Assembly: GCA_964417685.1 (NCBI GenBank)
Contig: CAYQIT010000001.1
Coordinates: forward strand, 145,157-209,156
DNA length: 64,000 bases
Source: an uncultured Gammaproteobacteria bacterium
GTDB lineage: Bacteria; Pseudomonadota; Gammaproteobacteria; Magnimaribacterales; D2472
Direction of reading: 5' to 3'
The notes beneath the pieces are model-generated. The model was not told where the DNA came from, ran no database searches, and saw nothing but the letters and a program-made list of their open reading frames with translations. The translations under genes were made by a program, and so were the position numbers. This document shows, in pieces, positions 57,237 to 64,000 of this stretch. Position 1 is the stretch's first letter. The number at the start of each line of letters is the position of its first letter.

Positions 57237-57244
57237 CTAATTTA

Positions 57245-59002
57245 CTAGTATTTTGGAAGGGTAAACCAAAAGTTACATCCATTTATACTTGAGTTCTTTA
57301 GGCCAACGTCACCACTTAAGCTATGCACCAAATTCTTTACTATAGCTAAACCCAAGCCACTTCCAGTTGCATCAGAAGCTCGTGCTTGAGCAGTTCTGAA
57401 AAACCTTCCAAAAATTAAATCCTTATCTGCAATATCTATACCCTGACCTTTATCAATAATATTAACCTCTATATTTTTTTCAGAATTTTTAAAAAGAATT
57501 TCTACTGAAGAGTTTGAAGGACTATACTTTATTGCGTTATCAATTAAGTTTATAAGTATTCTTTCCAAAGCTTTTGAATCTGCTCTAACAAATAGATCTA
57601 AGTTTTCATTAAAACTAAAAGATATGTTTTTTTTTGCTGCTAGCCCACTTAGAGAATCTAAAACCTTTAATATAGATTGATTCAAATTAATTTTCTCAAA
57701 ATTTAGTTTTAATTCACCATATTCTATTCTTGATAGATCAATGAGATCAGAAACCATTTCAGAAAGTCTTTGAGCATTATGCAAAATAGCAGTTGAAAAC
57801 ATTTTTGCATCTTCTCTATTATCCAAAGCACCATTCAACAAAGTTTCAGAATTTGCCCTAATAACACTTACAGGTGTCCTCAATTCATGAGAAACATTTG
57901 ATATAAAATCCCTCCGCATGGAATCTAGCTTTCTTAATTGAGTTATGTCATGAACTACCAATATAAATTCTTTTGTTGATTTGGATTGATTTATGGAACC
58001 AAGAACCCATCTGGTTTTTCCATTACCTATATCAATCTCAAATTCCTTATCAGCTTTTTTCTTTTTACTAGCTGTTTCATACAAGTTTAAAATTGGGGTT
58101 ATAGGGATATCTTCAAGACGAGATTTTTCAATATTTTCTAGATTTAAAATTAATAAAGCTTGATCGTTATTAAAAGTTACTTCGGCTGATTCGTTAAAAA
58201 CAATAATACCTTCACCTAAATCATCCAAAACTGATCCAAATTGATTTCTTTGTTTTGCAATTAGCCTTACTTGGGTTTTTAATTTATCTGAAATTTGAGA
58301 AATACTCCTTGCCACATTACCAAACTCATCAACTCTTTGAGTGGGAAGAGCTTTTAAAGCTTTTCTCTTCAATGGAGTATCTGCTAAAGAAGAGACTGCA
58401 TCATCAAGCTCAGATAAATTTCTATATGTATAGTTAGAAGATAGTGTGCTAGTTATCATAGCAACAAAAAATGCCACTACTGCTATTAATAGTATTGAAA
58501 TATCTAAGCTTGCAATTACCCTATCGAGATAGGTATAAGGTACTGCTATTCTAATAATATTAGGTTTTTCTTCATTGTTATCAAGAATAGCAAAATATAA
58601 AAGTTGCTCGTTGGTTGTGTTACTGTATCTTGAAGACCAGCCTGTTCCAAAAGAGAGAGCGTCTATTACCTCTTTTCTATTACTGTGATTATCTAAACTT
58701 GCAATAAGATCAATGGGAACTCCTGAGTCACCAATAACACTTCCATCATTAAGAATAAGAGTGACTCTTGAATCAGAAGCATTCCCAAGCCTGTCTGCAA
58801 GTGAGTCAGATGCCGTTACACCTTTCAATGAATCAATTTCATCAATATTTTCAACAAGAAGTTTTGCTTGTTTCTCAAGCTGATAGACAATTTGCTCTTC
58901 AAATGTGTTAGTAATATCTCTTTCTGCGATAGTGTAAGCAATGCTTATGCTCACTCCAAGTGAAAGAAATACTATTAAAAATACTCGGGATCTTATACCC
59001 AT
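57245..59002 (-). CDS. sensor histidine kinase with periplasmic domain (PhoR-like)
   Basis: TM1 at aa ~6-24, a ~140-aa periplasmic domain, TM2 at aa ~166-186. A linker/PAS-like region is followed by the H-box SHELRTP, the N-box DNAIKYS, and the G-boxes DKGQGI and GSGLGLAIV. Confidence 0.9.
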   Translation of the reverse strand: MGIRSRVFLIVFLSLGVSISIAYTIAERDITNTFEEQIVYQLEKQAKLLVENIDEIDSLKGVTASDSLADRLGNASDSRVTLILNDGSVIGDSGVPIDLIASLDNHSNRKEVIDALSFGTGWSSRYSNTTNEQLLYFAILDNNEEKPNIIRIAVPYTYLDRVIASLDISILLIAVVAFFVAMITSTLSSNYTYRNLSELDDAVSSLADTPLKRKALKALPTQRVDEFGNVARSISQISDKLKTQVRLIAKQRNQFGSVLDDLGEGIIVFNESAEVTFNNDQALLILNLENIEKSRLEDIPITPILNLYETASKKKKADKEFEIDIGNGKTRWVLGSINQSKSTKEFILVVHDITQLRKLDSMRRDFISNVSHELRTPVSVIRANSETLLNGALDNREDAKMFSTAILHNAQRLSEMVSDLIDLSRIEYGELKLNFEKINLNQSILKVLDSLSGLAAKKNISFSFNENLDLFVRADSKALERILINLIDNAIKYSPSNSSVEILFKNSEKNIEVNIIDKGQGIDIADKDLIFGRFFRTAQARASDATGSGLGLAIVKNLVHSLSGDVGLKNSSINGCNFWFTLPKY

Positions 59003-59006
59003 TTTA

Positions 59007-59699
59007 TCAATCAGATGTTCTTGTAAATTTATATCCTACACCGCGAATAGTCTGAACATATTTTCCGATTGGACCAAGCTTTTCTCTCAATCTCTTAATA
59101 TGTGTGTCAACTGTTCTGGTTGTTATATCAGCACTATAACCCCAAACATCTGAAAGAAGCTGATCTCTTGTTTGAACCCTTCCTCGACGATCTACAAGTT
59201 GCTGGAGAAGCCTAAATTCAAGTGCTGTTAATGTTACTTCTTTATTATCTACAAAAACTTCATGGGACTCTACATCTATTTTGAGCTCACCAAACTCCCT
59301 ATCAATTTCCATAACATCATGTTTGGTTACGTTTCTTTTTAAAATTGCTTTGATTCTAAGAATTAGTTCACGAACACTAAATGGTTTAGTTACATAATCA
59401 TCTGCTCCAAGCTCAAAACCAACAACTTTATCAACCTCATCATCTTTAGCTGTAAGAATTATGATTGGTATATCTTTAAGAGATTTATCTGATTTAATTT
59501 TTCTGCAAAAATCCAATCCCGATCCATCTGGAAGCATTAAATCAAGTAATATTAATGAAATGTTGTTAGCTGCTATTAAGTTTTCTGAATCTGATAAATT
59601 GCCAGCAGATAAAGTCTGAAAATTATCTTTATGAAGGTTGTACTCCAGAGTTTTTCTTATATCAGGTTCATCTTCAACAATTAAGATCGTATTAGTCAT
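59007..59699 (-). CDS. OmpR/PhoB-family response regulator
   Basis: Receiver domain (ILIVEDE, LLDLMLPD, TAKD, TKPF) plus a winged-helix DNA-binding domain (..TVDTHIKRLREKL.. TIRGVGYKF). It lies 4 nt upstream of the kinase gene. Confidence 0.9.
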   Translation of the reverse strand: MTNTILIVEDEPDIRKTLEYNLHKDNFQTLSAGNLSDSENLIAANNISLILLDLMLPDGSGLDFCRKIKSDKSLKDIPIIILTAKDDEVDKVVGFELGADDYVTKPFSVRELILRIKAILKRNVTKHDVMEIDREFGELKIDVESHEVFVDNKEVTLTALEFRLLQQLVDRRGRVQTRDQLLSDVWGYSADITTRTVDTHIKRLREKLGPIGKYVQTIRGVGYKFTRTSD

Positions 59700-59774
59700 C
59701 TTTTATTTATCAAAAGTTTATTGTCTTTTATACTCCTTTTATTAAAAAATTTCATTAATTTTTAATAGAATTTA

Positions 59775-61445
59775 TTACTTTGAGTAAATCTTTCTTAATG
59801 TCGGTTTGTCAAACTTTTCAGATGCCAACCTAGGAATTTTATTTTCAGTAAAATTAAACTCTGCAGGTATTTTGAAGGGCGCCAACTTATCACTTAAAAA
59901 GGATGAGAGTTCTTCTTGATTCAAATTAGTACCTGGTTTCAGGTATATACAACATGAAACTATTTCACCTAATCTTGTATCTGGTACTCCAAATACACAT
60001 ACCTCTAATACATTTTCATGCTCATATATAGCAGCTTCAACCTCAGGACATGCAATGTTTTCACCACCCCTTATAACCATATCTTTTACTCTATCTACAA
60101 TATATAAAAATGGACCTTCAAATTTTCCAAGATCTCCAGTTCTAAACCAACCATCTTCATTCATGCATTCTTTTGTAGCTTCGTCATTTTTCCAATAACC
60201 AACCATAGACGCAGGTGTTTTGATTGCTATTTCACCTAACTCACCCTCAGCGACTTCATTCCAATCATTATCTAAAATTTTAATTTCAGTAAGTGGAGGT
60301 ACAACCCTTCCTGTTGATGAGGGATGATTGACATACTCATCACCATTTCCAAGAGTTGCTAGTGCATTAGTTTCTGAGAGGCCGTAACCTATTCCCGGCC
60401 TACCCTCAAATTGCTCATCAAGTTGTTTTACATGTTCTGCAGGTCTAGGCCCTCCTCCTCCACCTAGCACTTTTAAAGATGATAAGTCATAATCATTTTT
60501 TTTCGGATGGCTCAAAAGCTCCCATGTCTGAGTTGGAACACCAGTAATATCTGAAACTTTTTCTTCTTCTATAATTTTTAAAGCTTCTCCAGCATCCCAT
60601 TTTTTCATCATCACGATTTTTCTACCGATTAAGATAGACATTAAAAAAGCTGAATGGCTGCCTGTTACATGAAATAATGGAACACAATGCAAGACAGCTA
60701 GATCAGGACTAACCAAAGGTGTTGCATCAGGGTTTGTTTTGGCTGCTATTTGCGACGCAACAACCGAATAACACGTCCAGCTGAACATAGTAGACAAGAT
60801 GCCTTTTTGTGATGAAAGAACCCCTTTCGGTCTTCCGGTTGATCCTGAGGTGTAATATATAGATGCATAATCATTTCTATTGATTTCTACCTTAGGCCAA
60901 GATGACGATTGTCCTTCCACAAAAGAATTAAAAGAGGTGAAATTTTCATCATCTGCATAAGTAGTGACGACTTTTATCACATCTGGCATTGATTCTAATC
61001 CTTGGAGTCTTTTTTTATCAGCTATTAAGAGCTTTGCATCTGAATGCTCTAATCCATATATGACTTCTGAAGGGACCCACCAAGAATTTAGAGGCACACA
61101 GACAGCCCCCATTCCCATAATACCCATAAAGCTAAATATGTACTCTGGATTATTCTGCATACATATAGCGACTCTGTCGCCTTTTTTAATTCCGGTCGCT
61201 ATTAAAGCATTAGCAACTTGAGCCGACCTTTCATAAACTTCTTTATAGGTATATCTTTCATTTTCATAAACTAGCCAATCTTTCTCTTCATGAGTTAGGC
61301 CTATATCAAAAAATTGTTTTAAATTTTCTGCAAAATTTGCATACTCTGTGTAAGTGACGCCGTTATCATTTAAAACCTCTTTGGTCTCAAACATCTGTCC
61401 TTTTGCAGTAACCTGTTGAACAACTTCATTGAATATATCTGTCAT
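59775..61445 (-). CDS. AMP-dependent acyl-CoA synthetase/ligase
   Basis: 556 aa with the AMP-binding motif YTSGSTGRPKG, GYGLSET and TGDLG..DRVKD. Confidence 0.85.
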   Translation of the reverse strand: MTDIFNEVVQQVTAKGQMFETKEVLNDNGVTYTEYANFAENLKQFFDIGLTHEEKDWLVYENERYTYKEVYERSAQVANALIATGIKKGDRVAICMQNNPEYIFSFMGIMGMGAVCVPLNSWWVPSEVIYGLEHSDAKLLIADKKRLQGLESMPDVIKVVTTYADDENFTSFNSFVEGQSSSWPKVEINRNDYASIYYTSGSTGRPKGVLSSQKGILSTMFSWTCYSVVASQIAAKTNPDATPLVSPDLAVLHCVPLFHVTGSHSAFLMSILIGRKIVMMKKWDAGEALKIIEEEKVSDITGVPTQTWELLSHPKKNDYDLSSLKVLGGGGGPRPAEHVKQLDEQFEGRPGIGYGLSETNALATLGNGDEYVNHPSSTGRVVPPLTEIKILDNDWNEVAEGELGEIAIKTPASMVGYWKNDEATKECMNEDGWFRTGDLGKFEGPFLYIVDRVKDMVIRGGENIACPEVEAAIYEHENVLEVCVFGVPDTRLGEIVSCCIYLKPGTNLNQEELSSFLSDKLAPFKIPAEFNFTENKIPRLASEKFDKPTLRKIYSK

Positions 61446-61522
61446 AATAAATTTTGTAATTTGTTTACATTATTCTACTATCATAGGAGTTATGATAACC
61501 AGTCAAAAGTTATAATATTTGT

Positions 61523-63178
61523 ATGGACATAGAAAATAAATTCGAATTTCATTTTGCTACTATATGGGAGAAAGTTTCTGACTATGTGCCTGATGATATC
61601 GCCTTGGTTTCAGGTGTAAATAAGAAAAACTGGAGAGAATACGAACAGGCTTCTGCAAAAATAGCTTCTTTTCTAAAAGATAGAGGTATTAAAAAAAACT
61701 CTAAGGTTGGGTTGTATCTCTTTAACTGTAATGAATATCTTGAGTCACAATTTGCGATATTTAAAGTTATGGGGGTCCCAATTAATGTTAACTACAGATA
61801 CAAATCAGAAGAGCTAATTTATTTATTAGATAACTCAGACTCAGAAGCTGTTTTTTTTCATGAGTCCTATCTTGATCAAATACTATTAATTTACAAAAAC
61901 CTTCCAAACATTAAAACTTGGATTCAAATAGGCGGTAAAGAATCACCTGACATAAATAAATTCTTTTTATATAAAAATATTGTTTTATATAATGAACCAA
62001 TGGAACGAATCAAACGAGATGAAGACAACATATATATGATATATACAGGCGGAACAACAGGCATGCCAAAAGGTGTTATGTATACCCATGGCAGTTTTGT
62101 TATTTCAATGTTTGGCGGTCTTAAGATGCAAGGTTATGACGTTCCAGATGTAAGAAAAAAAGAAAATATTTTGCAATTAAAAGAAGTTATTCAAAAAAGA
62201 TCACATGAAAATAATTCAACCAGATGTTTAATTGCTTGTCCGCTTATGCATGGAACAGGTATGTTTTTAGGTGGGTTTATGACCCATTGTTTAGGAGGAT
62301 CTATAATCACAATACCGGAAATAGGTTTAAATCCAGCGAAATTACTTAGAGAAATTGAAATAAATAAGGTTAATAATTTAGTAATTGTAGGTGATGCATT
62401 TGCAAAACCAATTCTTAATGAATTGGATTTGGGTCATAAGAATGGCAATCCTTATAATATAAGCTCATTACAAATTATTATCTCAAGTGGTGTCATTTGG
62501 AGTGCAGATGTAAAAGCTGGAATATTAAAACACCATGACGTAAAGCTTTTTGACTCTATGGGCTCAAGTGAAGGCGGTATGGGTTCGTCTGTTTCATCAA
62601 GAAAAAAATCAGTTAAAACAGCTAAATTTAGAATGAATCCAGATGTTATTGTGCTCGGAGATGATGGGAAAATCGTAGAACCGGGCTCAGGAGTAAGAGG
62701 CCTCGTTGGAACTAGCGGTTTAGTTCCTCTTGGGTACTATAAAGATCCTGTTAAATCAGCTGAAACTTTTAAAGAGGTCAATGGGAAAAGATATAGCTTT
62801 CCTGGTGATTATGCATTAGTTGAATCTGATGGTAGTGTAACTTTGCTTGGGAGAGGAAGTAACTGTATCAACTCTGCTGGTGAGAAAATTTATCCAGAAG
62901 AAGTTGAAGAAGCTTTAAAGCTTGAACCTTCCATTGATGATGTATTAGTTGTAGGCGTTGAAGATGAAAAATATGGCCAAAAAGTTGTTGCCATTGCCTC
63001 TTTTAATAAAGACATGAGTATTACTGAAGATGATCTAAAAGCAAATACTAAGGCGCATTTATCAAGTTACAAAGTTCCAAAAAATATAAAATTTGTAGAA
63101 AAAGTAAGTCGTGCGCCAAATGGTAAGGCAGATTATAAGTGGGCTAAAGAACTTGCTAAGGAATTTATAAATGCATAA
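61523..63178 (+). CDS. AMP-dependent acyl-CoA synthetase/ligase (second, divergent paralogue class)
   Basis: 551 aa with YTGGTTGMPKG, FPGDYA and GRGSNCINSAGEKIYPEEVE. Confidence 0.85.
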   Translation: MDIENKFEFHFATIWEKVSDYVPDDIALVSGVNKKNWREYEQASAKIASFLKDRGIKKNSKVGLYLFNCNEYLESQFAIFKVMGVPINVNYRYKSEELIYLLDNSDSEAVFFHESYLDQILLIYKNLPNIKTWIQIGGKESPDINKFFLYKNIVLYNEPMERIKRDEDNIYMIYTGGTTGMPKGVMYTHGSFVISMFGGLKMQGYDVPDVRKKENILQLKEVIQKRSHENNSTRCLIACPLMHGTGMFLGGFMTHCLGGSIITIPEIGLNPAKLLREIEINKVNNLVIVGDAFAKPILNELDLGHKNGNPYNISSLQIIISSGVIWSADVKAGILKHHDVKLFDSMGSSEGGMGSSVSSRKKSVKTAKFRMNPDVIVLGDDGKIVEPGSGVRGLVGTSGLVPLGYYKDPVKSAETFKEVNGKRYSFPGDYALVESDGSVTLLGRGSNCINSAGEKIYPEEVEEALKLEPSIDDVLVVGVEDEKYGQKVVAIASFNKDMSITEDDLKANTKAHLSSYKVPKNIKFVEKVSRAPNGKADYKWAKELAKEFINA

Positions 63179-64000
63179 CAAATCAAAACTACTTTTTATC
63201 GTAATTTTTATCGGATCTCAAGCATATGCCCAGACCTACACACCAATTGGGACAGTTAACCCTAATGATTATGAACCTAGGCAAAAACTAATTTCAGAAG
63301 GAAATCAATCAATGGTTTCTACTCAGCATTTTTTAGCCACTCAAGTTGGAGTTGATATTCTTGAAAAAGGCGGTAATGCATACGATGCATCCGTTGCAAT
63401 TGGGTTTGCATTAGCAGTAGTCCTGCCTAGAGCTGGAAATATTGGTGGCGGTGGTTTTATGGTTATGTATGACTCTAGTGATAACAATAATTACTCCATT
63501 GATTATCGAGAAAAAGCTCCTCTGCTATCAACTACAAACATGTATCTAGATGAAAACGGAACCGTTATAGATAACAAATCAACTCTTGGATACCTAGCAA
63601 GCGGTGTGCCAGGAACTGTTGCTGGGCTATGGTCAGTGCACCAAAGGTTTGGTTCAATGAAATGGAGCGAGTTAATTGAGCCTGCTATAAATCTAGCAGA
63701 GGATGGATTTGAAATAACTCCATACATGGCTGACATGCTAATTAAATATAATGAAAAATTATCAGCATTTGATGAAACAAATAAAGTCTTCCAAACCCAT
63801 TATCCAGATTTTGATAAGAAAATCTTAAAACAATCTGATTTAGCAAATACCCTAAAAATAATCGCTCAGGATGGCAGAGATGGTTTTTATAAAGGAGAGA
63901 TTTCAAAAAAAATAGCTCTCGATATGCAGAATAATGGCGGCATAATTTCAGAAAAGGATTTAGAGCAATACCAACCTGTTTGGCGCAATCCTTTAATCTC
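63171..64000 (+). CDS. ggt: gamma-glutamyltranspeptidase, 3'-truncated by window edge
   Basis: Translated by hand and open to the window end: MHNKSKLLFIVIFIGSQAYA|QT.. MVSTQHFLATQVGVDILEKGGNAYDASVAIGFALAVVLPRAGNIGGGGFMV.. GVPGTVAGLW... It is absent from the track because it has no stop. Its ATG overlaps the upstream stop (ATGCATAA). Confidence 0.85.
   Translation, partial: MHNKSKLLFIVIFIGSQAYAQTYTPIGTVNPNDYEPRQKLISEGNQSMVSTQHFLATQVGVDILEKGGNAYDASVAIGFALAVVLPRAGNIGGGGFMVMYDSSDNNNYSIDYREKAPLLSTTNMYLDENGTVIDNKSTLGYLASGVPGTVAGLWSVHQRFGSMKWSELIEPAINLAEDGFEITPYMADMLIKYNEKLSAFDETNKVFQTHYPDFDKKILKQSDLANTLKIIAQDGRDGFYKGEISKKIALDMQNNGGIISEKDLEQYQPVWRNPLI

Noticed and set aside
57100-57244. Fur boxes upstream of the three TonB receptor operons (also checked at 17725-17815 and 38315-38463).
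   Set aside because: No GATAATGATAATCATTATC-like sequence is visible by eye in these regions. The only Fur-like element is at the pitA/ppk2 gap.
63503-63736. 77-aa minus-strand ORF.
   Set aside because: It is antisense to the hand-translated second ggt, which shows unmistakable GGT motifs on the + strand.

Overview
The window is visibly AT-rich, very gene-dense chromosomal DNA. By eye I found no rRNA, tRNA, CRISPR array, transposase, integrase or prophage remnant. Gene content and local synteny (trxB next to ftsK, a lolA-like gene, crcB and serS; gspC-M; glnK-amtB behind sigma-54 promoters; three TonB-dependent receptors) suggest a streamlined marine gammaproteobacterium, which is an inference. 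Modules from left to right: (1) a 1216-aa surface-type lipoprotein with tandem Ig-like repeats and a C-terminal GH81 endo-beta-1,3-glucanase (laminarinase) region, next to a gamma-glutamyltranspeptidase; (2) a tightly coupled trio of small secreted or membrane proteins of unknown function; (3) assorted housekeeping and accessory genes (MAPEG, nitroreductase, S51 peptidase, PD-(D/E)XK nuclease, lysophospholipase-like hydrolase, KAS III-like enzyme, TspO, NupC, 2OG oxygenase); (4) an Oar-type TonB-dependent receptor; (5) the serS-crcB-lolA-like-ftsK operon with divergent trxB and acuI; (6) a nitrogen module (TorF-like porin, glnK, amtB and a second amt) with two near-identical sigma-54 promoters; (7) lipid-remodelling and transport genes; (8) a phosphorus island (beta-propeller phytase, TonB receptor, TetR with two palindromic operators, PiT transporter, PPK2, short PPX); (9) a complete 9.3-kb type II secretion operon, gspCDEFGHIJKLM; (10) directly upstream on the same strand, a TonB receptor, a 981-aa internally duplicated lipoprotein of unknown family, a tandem 9-bp repeat array and a PhoR/PhoB-like two-component system; (11) two divergent acyl-CoA ligases and a second, window-truncated ggt. 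The best candidate for an undescribed system is the co-oriented block 42108-59699 (two-component system, then duplicated lipoprotein plus TonB receptor, then terminator gate, then T2SS). All functional calls come from motif recognition by eye, and no database search was run.
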